64,000 nucleotides of DNA, taken from NCBI RefSeq assembly GCF_001194135.2, contig NC_068984.1:73070915-73134914 (forward strand), written 5' to 3'. The position numbers and the translations under genes are program-made. The notes under the pieces were generated by a model. That model was not told the origin of the DNA. It did no database searches and was given only the letters and a program-made list of their open reading frames with translations. The DNA is from Octopus bimaculoides (lineage: Eukaryota). Below are positions 12,901-24,700 of the stretch, piece after piece (positions within the stretch are counted from its first letter, which is position 1; every line of letters begins with the position of its first letter).

Positions 12901-13319
12901 TGATCAAATATGATCAAAATACTTCGACGCTCCAGCGAGAGAACTCTTATGTGATCACTCGCCTTTCAAAAAATAGCATCTTGCTGCCGATGGAATGGTG
13001 CGTCACATTTAGAAAAGGAAGAATCTATTGTATAATGTATTTTCTTTAGAGACCATGTGTCGGAATGGTGGTACTACTCAGTTAGAACTTATCTGATGGT
13101 TACAATAACACTGCCTCGTTCAGAATACTTTTCTGATTATAGGATGAACGTTTTTTTCAACTAATAATACATGACTAAGAATATCTATTACATGAGTGTG
13201 TCCTTTCTTTCATGTGAAATGAATAAAAACGTTAGAAAATTAAATTTTTGGTTTTGCTTTCAAATAAGGAAGCCACTTCAAATTATATACACCCACATAC
13301 ATATACAAATATTGTGAGC

Positions 13320-13366
<47 letters not shown>

Positions 13367-13403
13367 AGGGGGAGAGAGTGTGTGTGTGTGAGTGTGTGTG
13401 TGT

Positions 13404-13474
<71 letters not shown>

Positions 13475-13565
13475 TTTGAGTTAAATAAAATGAGACAACA
13501 AAACCAAGATTGTGTGGAATTTTATGGACATTTATAAAGAGAAAGTTACTGTTACAGATGTTTCT

Positions 13566-13611
13566 GTTACAGCTGTTTCTGATATTAGGGATATCCTTTC
13601 ATCAGAGACGG
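13566..13611 (-). ncRNA. Minimal type I hammerhead ribozyme motif (core intact, stem I disrupted)
   Basis: Minus strand: CGTCT CTGATGA AAG GATAT CCCTA ATATC A GAAAC AGCT GTA ACAG. Core boxes, stem II and palindromic loop III are present. The 3' strand of stem I reads ACAG instead of the AGAC seen in sister copies. Confidence 0.65.
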
Positions 13612-13810
13612 TGTAAAATGGCTAAATAGAGCGAAATATTTGAGTATATGAGGAATTATTTTGGAAAAGGAAGCAACAACATCTTTATACATTTTTATTC
13701 TTATTTTCATATTCATTCTCCTATTTCACTATATACACCTTATTTGCTTCCTTTTTCAAAATAACTCCTCGTCTTCCTCTAATATCTCCCTCTATTTAAC
13801 CATCTCACAT

Positions 13811-13858
13811 CGTCTCAGATGAAGGGATATCCCTAATATCACAGAAACAGCTGTAACA
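13811..13858 (+). ncRNA. Hammerhead motif, mutated core (CAGATGA)
   Basis: CGTCT CAGATGA AGGGATATCCCTAATATCACA GAAAC AGCT GTA ACA. The U4-to-A change is expected to impair cleavage. Confidence 0.5.
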
Positions 13859-14089
13859 GTAACTTTCTCTTTATAAATGTCCTGAAAATTCCACTCAGTC
13901 TTCGCTTTGTTGTCTCATTTTATTCAACATATACATGCTCACACAAGACCCGAATTAGACTATTCACTCGTGTCATTATCGAACCGAAAGTCTAACTACG
14001 GACCTTCTGTAGCACTTACATAGCATTACCTGCCATCTTGTGTCTTCTGGATACCAATACTTCTAATACCTTTGCTTGTATATATATAA

Positions 14090-14254
14090 GGAGTGGCTGT
14101 GTGGTAAGTAGCTTGCTTACGAAACACATGGTTCCGGATTCAGTCCCACTGCATGGCACCTTGGGCAAGTGTCTTCTACTATAGCCTCGGGCCGACCAAA
14201 GCCCTGTGAGTGGATTTGGTAGACGGAAACTGAAAGAAGCCTGTCGTATATATG

Positions 14255-14286
<32 letters not shown>

Positions 14287-14464
14287 CGTTTCTGTGTCTG
14301 TGTTTGTCCCCCCACCATCGCTTGACAACCGATGCTGGTGTGTTGACGTCCCCGTAACATTAGCGGTTCGGCAAAAAGTGACCGATAGAATAAGTACTAG
14401 GCTTACAAAGAATAAGTCCTAGGATCGATTTTCACGACTAAAGGCGGTGCTCCAGCATGACCGC
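14090..14464 (+). mobile_element. SINE family B (tRNA-derived, CORE-like; resembles octopus OR-type SINEs)
   Basis: A-box-like TGGCTGTGTGG, B-box-like GGATTCAGTCCC, core GCACCTTGGGCAAGTGTCTTCTACTATAGCC, internal (TA)/(GT) tract; runs into a gap. Confidence 0.85.
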
Positions 14465-15259
14465 NNNNNNNNNNNNNNNNNNNNNNNNNNNNNNNNNNNN
14501 NNNNNNNNNNNNNNNNNNNNNNNNNNNNNNNNNNNNNNNNNNNNNNNNNNNNNNNNNNNNNNNNNNNNNNNNNNNNNNNNNNNNNNNNNNNNNNNNNNNN
14601 NNNNNNNNNNNNNNNNNNNNNNNNNNNNNNNNNNNNNNNNNNNNNNNNNNNNNNNNNNNNNNNNNNNNNNNNNNNNNNNNNNNNNNNNNNNNNNNNNNNN
14701 NNNNNNNNNNNNNNNNNNNNNNNNNNNNNNNNNNNNNNNNNNNNNNNNNNNNNNNNNNNNNNNNNNNNNNNNNNNNNNNNNNNNNNNNNNNNNNNNNNNN
14801 NNNNNNNNNNNNNNNNNNNNNNNNNNNNNNNNNNNNNNNNNNNNNNNNNNNNNNNNNNNNNNNNNNNNNNNNNNNNNNNNNNNNNNNNNTATATATATAT
14901 ATATATATATATGGGATATACGGGAAAATATTCAATACATGATGAAGACAATAATTGTATATATTTTACTGAGGCTTTCAGATGTTACTTCATGTTTCTT
15001 GAAATTGCGATCAGTTAGACATCCCTTGTGGTTTATAAATAGGCTTGGCCGTCGCATTGAGCATCTAGAAAAACTGAAGTAATGGAAGCAAACACATACA
15101 TATACTTCTGCCTACATACGAACAAATCTAAGTGTTGATGACGGTGTGTGTCCATGTTTGAATGTATGTGTATGCTTAAGAATAGAAATATACTCAAAAA
15201 AAATTTACACACACAACACACACACACAACACACACACACGCGCACACATACACACACA

Positions 15260-15298
<39 letters not shown>

Positions 15299-15632
15299 TC
15301 ACACATATATACATGGAGTTGTAAATTTCATCGTTTGTAAAAGTGTGCTTATGCATTTTGTGTGTAGCTCTAGTGTATATCTACTATTTTTTTATTCCTC
15401 AGACACTTTAACGAAATATTGAGGGAAGTGAGGAGAATTATAACGATGACATTACTGTATAATTTAGCTGTCAGCGTTTGAGGAATTATGCCAGTACTTA
15501 GTACACTTGAGAACAACATCCGCCCCAATTAATTCTTGATATGAATATAAAAAATAGAACAATATTCTTATCATCATCGTCATCGTCGTTGTCGTCGTCA
15601 CCAGCATCACTATCAAATATTATTGTTTTTGT

Positions 15633-15703
<71 letters not shown>

Positions 15704-16388
15704 ATTTAAAACCAATAATTGAAATTTAAAAAGTACATTACTATTACTAATAATAGTAACATATATTGCTTTTGTTGTCAATTGTTTTTTGTCACATTAT
15801 TCTTTTTAACATTGGCCTATTTTTCAACATCGTTAATCTCTCAATACCTGAGGACATTTATATGTATTCACCTTAATTATGTACTTATATGCGTTTTAAA
15901 CATTTGTTCGTGTTAGTTCTCTATGGAATATGATGAACAAATGGTTTATAAACACGTATGATCTTATTCTGTTCGTAGGCGTGTAGGCTTCAAGGTGTGT
16001 TTGGCTATCATCTATCTTTATATATGTTCGTATCTTGCTGGAATATGTATGTAGAGAAGCTTTCAATCTATTTTTCAGAATTGATTCATTCGAACATCTA
16101 GAGCAATTTTCTTTCTTATTGTCAGCTACACCTGCGTCTTCCGCTTCCGCTTCTGCTGCTACTGCTGCTGCTGCCGCTGCTGCTGCCTGTGCTGTCACTG
16201 TTGCTACTACTGCCGCCGTTGTTGCTGCTTTATATTTTGTTCCTTCAGCTGTAGGTTAGCTGTGATTGAGCAAACTTATTAGTTGAGGTCCTGCCAAATT
16301 GAAGACGCACGAAAAGTAATGGGTGTGGCGGATACAGATTTTCCTGGCATAGCATAGGGGAACACTTTGGTTTCAAACAATTAGTATT

Positions 16389-16459
<71 letters not shown>

Positions 16460-16464
16460 TAATA

Positions 16465-16852
16465 CAAAAAAAATGCTTTCTAATTGATGTATCAATACCA
16501 GCAGATGACAAGGTTTCTCTAAAAGAAATGGAAAAACTTTCAAAATACAAAGACCTGGAAATAGAGATAACTCGAATGTGGAATCTAAAAACAGAAACAA
16601 TTCCTATTATAGTAGGTGCCTTAGGTATAATAAACAAATATTCAGACAAATACATAACAAAAACACCAGGACTTACAAATATATATAACATACAGAAAAT
16701 TGCACTACTGGGTACTGCACACATTCTACGCAAAACACTTTCAATACAGTAAACATAAGAGCACCACAGCAAACCACAGCACATACCCAAGGCGCACAGA
16801 GCTGCGCTCGGTAGTGAAGTGAAAGCACGTTATAAAAATAAAACTACTGAAC
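16465..16852 (+). mobile_element. 5'-truncated young R4/Dong copy between two (AAT)n tracts
   Basis: Open frame KKCFLIDVSIPADDKVSLKEMEKLSKYKDLEIEITRMWNLKTETIPIIVGALG...KIALLGTAHILRKTLSIQ* (stop 16750-16752), then a 100-nt 3' UTR. Confidence 0.92.
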
Positions 16853-16886
<34 letters not shown>

Positions 16887-16888
<2 letters not shown>

Positions 16889-17247
16889 CCTTTCTACTGT
16901 TGGCACAATGCCTGAAACTTGGGGGAGGGAGATAGTCGATAACATCGACCCTAGTATTCAACTGGTACTTAATTTATCGACCCTGAAAAGATGAAAGGCA
17001 AAGTCAACCTCGTCGGATTTTGAACTCAGAATGTAAATACGGACGAAATGCCGTTAAACATTTTGCCCGGCGTGGTGTAATGATTCTGCCTTCTAGCAAT
17101 AATGATAATAATCCTTTCTACTTGAGGCACAACATCTGAAATTTTGGGAGAAGAAGCTAGTCGATTACATGGAGCCTAGTGTGTAACAGGTACTTATTTC
17201 ATCGACTCCGAAAGGATGAAAGGCTATTCTAACTATTCTGCCAGCTA

Positions 17248-17250
<3 letters not shown>
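16887..17250 (-). mobile_element. Two head-to-tail SINE family A copies (16887-17090; 17111-17248 internally deleted)
   Basis: Reverse complements of the 511-749 element. The tail of the first is shared with the Dong (AAT)n tail. Confidence 0.85.
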
Positions 17251-17318
<68 letters not shown>

Positions 17319-17354
17319 TTTAAAAGGATTGACGTAACTCTTCATGAAGGTAAA

Positions 17355-17805
17355 TAGTCAAGACGAAGAGCGCGATTCGATTGTATAAATGTTTTATTCT
17401 TTGAACAATNNNNNNNNNNNNNNNNNNNNNNNNNNNNNNNNNNNNNNNNNNNNNNNNNNNNNNNNNNNNNNNNNNNNNNNNNNNNNNNNNNNNNNNNNNN
17501 NNNNNNNNNNNNNNNNNNNNNNNNNNNNNNNNNNNNNNNNNNNNNNNNNNNNNNNNNNNNNNNNNNNNNNNNNNNNNNNNNNNNNNNNNNNNNNNNNNNN
17601 NNNNNNNNNNNNNNNNNNNNNNNNNNNNNNNNNNNNNNNNNNNNNNNNNNNNNNNNNNNNNNNNTTCATAGTCTGCGTTTAAGTTTCTGAAATTTTGAAT
17701 TTTTAATCACCTTTTGTTTCGAACTTGACAAAGACAGACGTACTGTCGAAATATTGTTCAAAGAATAAAACATTTATACAATCGAATCGCGCTCTTCGTC
17801 TTGAC

Positions 17806-17807
<2 letters not shown>
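17355..17807. mobile_element. Fold-back PLE-type terminus: 55-bp perfect inverted repeat around a gap
   Basis: 17355-17409 is the exact reverse complement of 17753-17807. The left arm continues into Ns. Confidence 0.8.
17721..17759 (+). ncRNA. Minimal hammerhead ribozyme motif with U3/A8 covariation
   Basis: GAAC TTGACAA A GACAG ACGTA CTGTC GAAA TAT T GTTC: stem I GAAC/GTTC, stem II GACAG/CTGTC, core UUGACAA plus GAAA, palindromic ATAT stem III, AUU triplet. Confidence 0.6.
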
Positions 17808-17868
<61 letters not shown>

Positions 17869-18000
17869 GTTTTACTATAGGCACAAGGCCTGAAATACGG
17901 AGGTGGGCGGCTAGTCGATTACATTGACCCAGTACTCAAGCGGTACTTATTTTATCGACCCTGAAGGATGAAAGGCAAAATTGACCTTAGCCGAATTAAC
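17869..18000 (-). mobile_element. SINE family A, 5'-truncated
   Basis: Tail and central domain match 511-749. Confidence 0.8.
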
Positions 18001-18002
18001 TC

Positions 18003-18502
18003 ATTGGAAGTGTTATCATGTACATGTCTTGTCTTGATATGAAAGATGGGCTACAGTAAATATCCTGCCCAATACCACAAAGTTGCTTCTCAGTTGTTTG
18101 ACTTTAACCAGTTGAGCATGTCCCTTGATGGCTGACTAACAATATGTGCATCTCCGATCACGAACAGAAATAGTGGGGGGATCATCATAGCCATGTGTTG
18201 AGAGCAGTTCTTTGGGGTTTGAATAATTTACGTCTTGAAACGTGAGTGCTTCGTTCATCATCCTTAAACAACCCTAATTCAGAGACCTTTTGATCGGGAT
18301 GGGCTATTGAACCTGAAGAAAATTCTAAGGTCATGCGCTGTTTATTTTGATATGAGATCAACATGTCGTGCACATATGCATTTAATGCATATGTCTGGTG
18401 TACCCTTATCACACGGGTAGTCATGATGGGTGTACTGGGCTTCGTGTATTTTACCCTAGTGCTACTTCGATGGCATGCACTGCTCTCTCACTCAATAATA
18501 AT
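18003..18502 (+). mobile_element. Second copy of the unclassified ~540-bp repeat
   Basis: Aligns to the reverse complement of 750-1245 with a ~18-nt internal deletion. Ends CTCTCTCACTC(AAT)3. Confidence 0.85.
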
Positions 18503-19445
18503 ATACAAAAAAGTACCTAACAACAATGAAGAAAAAGAGGAAACGACAAAACTTGTAAAACAATTGAAATCAAAACTAAAACTGGAACAGCAGTGGGTTA
18601 TGGTAAAGTGATGGCAAGAAAAGCCGCTTCATGGTAAATACTGGTTTAAACTAAACAGAAAATAAATAGACAAAGCAAAATCCCAACAATGGCTCAGAAG
18701 CCCAGGAAACAAAGTAGAGACTGAAGGATTTTTATTTGCAGCACAAGATCAAAGTCTTCTCACCAGAAATGCCCAAAACACATATAATGATAAAAAATAC
18801 AAGTAACTACAGAATATATGGAGATGGAGAAGAAACAATAAACCATATTGTCTCTGGCTGCCCAGTCCTGGCTAAGAAAGAATATATTAACAGACATGTC
18901 AGAGTTGGGGGTCTATATACACTGGAATCTACGTCAACACTATGGAATATCAACAGAAAAAAGATGATATAGGCACTCGCCAGGGAAGGTCACAGAAAAT
19001 GAGAAAGCAACCATACTCTGGGATATGTCAATACACACAGAAAGAGAAATTAAGGCCAATCGGCTGGATATAGTTGTCAGAGATAACCGAGAAAAAAATG
19101 CTTTGTAATCGATGTATTAATACCAACAGATGACAATGTTTCTCTAGCAGAAAAGATCTGGAAATAGGTAACTTGGATGTGAAGTTTAAAGAGAGAAACA
19201 ATTCCTATCATAGTAAGCGCATTAGGTATGTTAAAAAATATTCAGACAAATAGGTAACAAAAATATCAGGACTAACAAGTATATATAACATACAGAAAAT
19301 AGCACTACTGGGCACCACACACATCCTACGTAAAACACTTTCAATACAGTAAAGATAAGAGCATCATAACAAGCCACAGCTCACACCCAAAGCACACAGG
19401 TTCGATAGTGCACTGAAAACATGTGATAAAAATAAGACTTCTCAA
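18503..19445 (+). mobile_element. Older R4/Dong 3' fragment (late RT/thumb, CCHC, RLE, 3' UTR), frameshifted
   Basis: Patches WQEKPLHGKY, ETEGFLFAAQDQSLLTRN, EETINHIVSGCPVLAKKEYINRH, IALLGTTHILRKTLSIQ*. Ends in (AAT)n. Confidence 0.9.
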
Positions 19446-19458
19446 TAATCATAATAAC

Positions 19459-19518
<60 letters not shown>

Positions 19519-20591
19519 CCTACGCAAAACACTTTCAATACAGTAACCATAAGAGCATNNNNNNNNNNNNNNNNNNNNNNNNNNNNNNNNNNNNNNNNNN
19601 NNNNNNNNNNNNNNNNNNNNNNNNNNNNNNNNNNNNNNNNNNNNNNNNNNNNNNNNNNNNNNNNNNNNNNNNNNNNNNNNNNNNNNNNNNNNNNNNNNNN
19701 NNNNNNNNNNNNNNNNNNNNNNNNNNNNNNNNNNNNNNNNNNNNNNNNNNNNNNNNNNNNNNNNNNNNNNNNNNNNNNNNNNNNNNNNNNNNNNNNNNNN
19801 NNNNNNNNNNNNNNNNNNNNNNNNNNNNNNNNNNNNNNNNNNNNNNNNNNNNNNNNNNNNNNNNNNNNNNNNNNNNNNNNNNNNNNNNNNNNNNNNNNNN
19901 NNNNNNNNNNNNNNNNNNNNNNNNNNNNNNNNNNNNNNNNNNNNNNNNNNNNNNNNNNNNNNNNNNNNNNNNNNNNNNNNNNNNNNNNNNNNNNNNNNNN
20001 NNNNNNNNNNNNNNNNNNNNNNNNNNNNNNNNNNNNNNNNNNNNNNNNNNNNNNNNNNNNNNNNNNNNNNNNNNNNNNNNNNNNNNNNNNNNNNNNNNNN
20101 NNNNNNNNNNNNNNNNNNNNNNNNNNNNNNNNNNNNNNNNNNNNNNNNNNNNNNNNNNNNNNNNNNNNNNNNNNNNNNNNNNNNNNNNNNNNNNNNNNNN
20201 NNNNNNNNNNNNNNNNNNNNNNNNNNNNNNNNNNNNNNNNNNNNNNNNNNNNNNNNNNNNNNNNNNNNNNNNNNNNNNNNNNNATACAAAGACCTGGAAA
20301 TAGAGATAACTCGAATGTGGAGTCTAAAAACAGAAACAATTCCTACCATAGTAGGTGCCTTAGGTATAATTAAAAAATACTCAGACAAATACATAACAAA
20401 AATACCAGGACTTACAAATATATGTAACATACAGAAAATTGCACTACTGGGTACTGCACACATTCTACGCAAAACACTTTCAATACAGTAAACACAAAAG
20501 CACCACAGCAAACGACAGCACATACCCAAGGCGCACAGAGCTGCGCTCGGTAGTGAAGTGAAAGCACGTTATAAAAATAAAACTACTGAAC
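19519..20591 (+). mobile_element. Further Dong 3' ends: a 40-bp piece (19519-19558) before the gap and a ~310-bp piece (20284-20591) after it
   Basis: 20284-20591 is about 96% identical by eye to 16545-16852 and ends in (AAT)n. Confidence 0.9.
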
Positions 20592-21319
20592 AATAATAAT
20601 AATAATAATAAATCGAAGAAAGCAACGAAGACGACGAAGGAGATGCAGACGTCTAAGACGATGGTTAGAGAGATTACAGTCAGGAGGAACCGACATGTTT
20701 TGTATATAGGGTAACATCATTCAATGCGTGCTGCAATTTTCTGGACAGTAGTTGTGGACAATTGAGGGAGATCTAATAGCCATTTCTGGCATGTCGAACA
20801 ACTAGATATAGACAGCGTGTTGACTTGTTGAATCCATTGTCTTCGCTATTTAGTTTGTTTATACATTCAGGCATATTTGCCTTGTTATTTATTCGCTGAT
20901 TTATGTGAGCTGACCGAATGGGTAGAGCGACACATTGAATTTATTGCGATATTTGATTACATTTCTCTATGTTTTACGTACTTAAATTACGGCAAAGCTG
21001 AATTTACCTTCACTCTTTCATAATCTGTAAACTGATACATCAATCAATCAAGTATTATATTAACCCCTCTCAGAAATATGGCCATATTTTTTTTAAAGTA
21101 GATTGTCAGGTATGTCGATCAGAGCATGCTGTAAAATGGCAATGATGTATTTAGTTATGGTCTTTTGTGTTCTGAATTCGAATCTCACGTAAGTCTATTT
21201 CGCTTTTATTATTCCTAGGTCGATACATTAGAACATCAGTGAAGTACTAGAGTCATTCTAGAGATGTAAACCATTCTCATCAATGAGCTCTTGTATCTAT
21301 CTCTTGTGGCTGTCTTTTA

Positions 21320-21491
21320 TCTTTTACTTGTTTCAGTCATTGGATTGGGACCATGCTGGAGCAACGCCTTGAAGAGTTTACTTGAACAAATTGATCCAGA
21401 ACACATTTTAAAGTCTAGTTCTTATTCTGTTGGGCTCTGTCGTCTAACCCCTAAGTGGCACACAAATACACACACACTTACATAAATACAT

Positions 21492-21539
<48 letters not shown>

Positions 21540-21726
21540 NNNNNNNNNNATGTATGCATGCAGGTATGTATGTATGTATGTATGTATGTATGCATGCATG
21601 TATGTATGTAGGCATTATTTGGCCCGTAGCTATAGCAGAAGTCACTTGCCCAAGATGCCGCATCGTGGGAGTGAACCCAAAACCCCGTGGTTGCAATCGA
21701 TCTTCTTAACCTCGTAGTCGTGTCTC
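21320..21726 (-). mobile_element. SINE family B, degraded
   Basis: Tail TCTTTTACTTGTTTCAGTCATTGG..CCATGCTGGAGC and reverse-complemented head/core at 21620-21726. Confidence 0.75.
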
Positions 21727-24700
21727 TTCCTATATTACAAAATTGTATATTATTCAGATCGGCAGAATTATTAGAGAGAGAAATATAATATTTTCCGATA
21801 ATTGGTTTTAGTGCTGCATGTCGAGATTTGAAATTTCTTTAGGATCAACTTTGTGTTCCATGGTTTCATTCGAGTTTTCTTCCTGGAGCAATGCGTGGTT
21901 CACATACCCTTCAACAGCCGTCTGAGACTAACGGACCAGAAATAAAAGTACGTATGAATAACTGAGGTTAATGTAATAGATTTACATCTAATAGATATGT
22001 GGTCTGACACCTTCCTCAGAAAATCAATATTATTGAAAATTATGTGATTACGCTGGGATTAAGTTTCTGCTGCATCTTTTGGTTTTCTTCTATATAATGG
22101 CTATCAAATGTTATTGATTAGCTTTGAGTTAGTTTTGATCGTGCAAACCTATTATCACTGGCGTTTATCATTCGAGACCAGTTTTTCTTATTTCCTATAA
22201 TAGAGAACGTCATATTAGTGTGATTTATAGGGATAGATTTTGCTAGCCGACCACAGGACCGTATAAAGATTACTCAGGTAAACTCAATCGGTTAAAATAT
22301 TTGGAAATCCTAATTCGTTGCTAGTTTTAAAGTTTCTGTGTGTTGTTTTAGCCGCAGACCACAATCAAAGGCATTCAATTCATGAACAACCAATTTTTTT
22401 TTCAGTCGTTATGTTCGTAAAACTACATTACTAACCCATGTGTCATTCTATGTTTAAAGGTTATAAGGTATGAAAAAATAAGCAATTTGGCTGCTATTGC
22501 TAGTTGGTCTGGAGACCAATTCGTAGTAGCTTCGATGTTCACGAGTGAATTTTGCATTTTACCTGTTTTGATCCAAGCAGTAACAGTAGACATACTGGGT
22601 CACCAACATAGTATTAATAAATTCTGTGATATTTTAAGAATTCTTGTTTCTGTTCATTCTAAGCTGTGTTTATCCCATCTAGGACAATATTTAGCCATAT
22701 TCTTAGTCTAAAGAACTCATTATTTACATTGCTACAATGGTGGATGCATATTGGCCAATGAAATTAGAATTTACTTTCAGGATTTGTTTTCATATCAGGA
22801 ATACATTCCCATTAGGCGCGCGCCCACGCACACGCACACAAATAATGTACCAACGAAAAACAAAGTTGACTCCCTCCCTCTCTCTCTCTTTCTCTCTCTC
22901 CGAAGTTCCAAGAGAAGTGTTTTCAAATCGTTACCTCACCAATTATTCCACTACGCACCCCTGAGTTCGATAGCGAACAAATATTGTATTACTTTCCATA
23001 CTCGATATTGCGGAGGAATTTCCATTTAAAACTGTGATAGCGTGTTTCACATGTTAGATTATATGATATTTCGCACTGTAAGTCAATGTTGGCTTAAAGA
23101 AGACGAAATAAATGCTTCATTCATTCAACAAGTTTACTTCGGGGCCATAGTTTAGTTTAAGGAAAAACACTGGGTTTTACTTGCCAACAATCAAATCTAT
23201 GTGTACAAAGACATTACAGAAGTTAAGTGAATTGATATGACGCTCTATAGAATCATATAATAAGCTAATAAAGAAGAGAAATGAGGTCAACATGACATTC
23301 CACAAACTACAATCTAATGAAGCAGAAAATGGCAAAGAATTAGCATTCATCAAGATCATTAAATGCTTAAGAAAGCAAAGCTTAACAAGGTAAATTGAAA
23401 CTTCACTATTTGCGAACAAAAGAAGCAAAACTACAACAAAAGCAGGTTAATAAAAAAAAAAACGATGAGAAATTTAAGAAATATTGAATGTAGCATGTGT
23501 TGTTGAGCGGTAGATGGAACATTAAACATTTAGTTTGTAATTGCTACAAAAATTAAATTAGAGATGAAATAATATTTTCAGAAATTTTAAACGTGAAATA
23601 TAATTATGCGTCCTTTTTAACCATGTAACTTCAAGAAAAACTTTAAAGATTTCAGCAATAAAAATGACATTAACACGAAATAATATGGCATTTTCCGCAC
23701 GCACACACACACGCACACACATATATATACATTATACACACATACACCCACACATATACATGTATACTTATAAATGAATAAATATAAATACATAGGTGTG
23801 TGTGTGCACATGTCACCGGCCATAATTGACTACTATTTATTCAGCTCTTTTTTGTTTATATATATATATATATGAAGCTCTGTGTCCTAAAATTGTAAGG
23901 ACTTCTTTACCTCCCAGTAGTATTTTCAAATCATTGTATTTATTTGTTATATCTTTTGAGAAATTACTTTTAGAACTTTTAATTTCTAGTTTTAAGATGA
24001 GAAAACCTCATAAAAGTGAGATCATTGATACGTACTAAAACTATATTTAAGACTTATCCAATCCTAAATCAGCTTGCCGAAAGCAAATGTTTATTAGAAG
24101 CCGTGAATAACCAGAATGGAATAAAGCGATAACTCTAAGCAAAAGAATTTAATAACCAGTTTCGATTCTCACCAGTATCTATTTAATATATCCTTACTAA
24201 AGTTAGAAACGGAAATTTCTTGCTCAAATTCCTTAGATCAAATTGCTCAAATTGCTTAGACATGTGGACGATATGTCTTATCTCGAGGTTTATGGGCTGA
24301 TTTTTAGGCGTGTAGATTGAAACTTCAACCTAAAAGCTTATTACATCACACTTACGTAGTGATGCAGTAAATCTCAGTAGAGCATTTTTATATTGCCGCT
24401 TCATGAGGAATGGAACGGTTTCTTTGTCATATAGCAATTCATTTAAGTTTCCACATCTCATTTTCCCAAAAATCATAGGATAAAATACTTTTTAATGTTC
24501 AGACAGGGACGGAAGATGATTGTTCATGACGCTTTGTTTTTGCTACGACCTCCGAGATTTGTAGCAGGAAAGTGGATATTGCCCTCAAACGGGAGATCTG
24601 GCAAGAACGCTTGCATCCAAATTAGCTCCAGACGGTAGTGATAAACTTAGAGAGATAGGAAATCAATGCTTTGAAGGATCATATGATCACCAGGTTCCTA

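Larger units (their letters stand above)
13480..13928. mobile_element. Fold-back element: two inverted PLE-type termini (arms ~13480-13676 and ~13744-13928)
   Basis: The arms are reverse complements at roughly 80-90% identity by eye. Same family as 33551-34025 and 59459-59620. Confidence 0.85.

Noticed and set aside
15890-16110. YIFQQD peptide on the minus strand as a Tc1 transposase relic
   Set aside because: It is a single six-residue match with no supporting flanking motifs.
22750-23030. Promoter-like patch (CCAAT, GCGCGCGCCC, GA tract)
   Set aside because: The motifs are short and partly microsatellite-derived, and there is no linked gene.
23251-23389. Possible 139-nt exon (SYNKLIKKRNEVNMTFHKLQSNEAENGKELAFIKIIKCLRKQSLT) with AAG|GTAAAT donor
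   Set aside because: Poor polypyrimidine tract, no recognisable homology and no compatible neighbouring exons.
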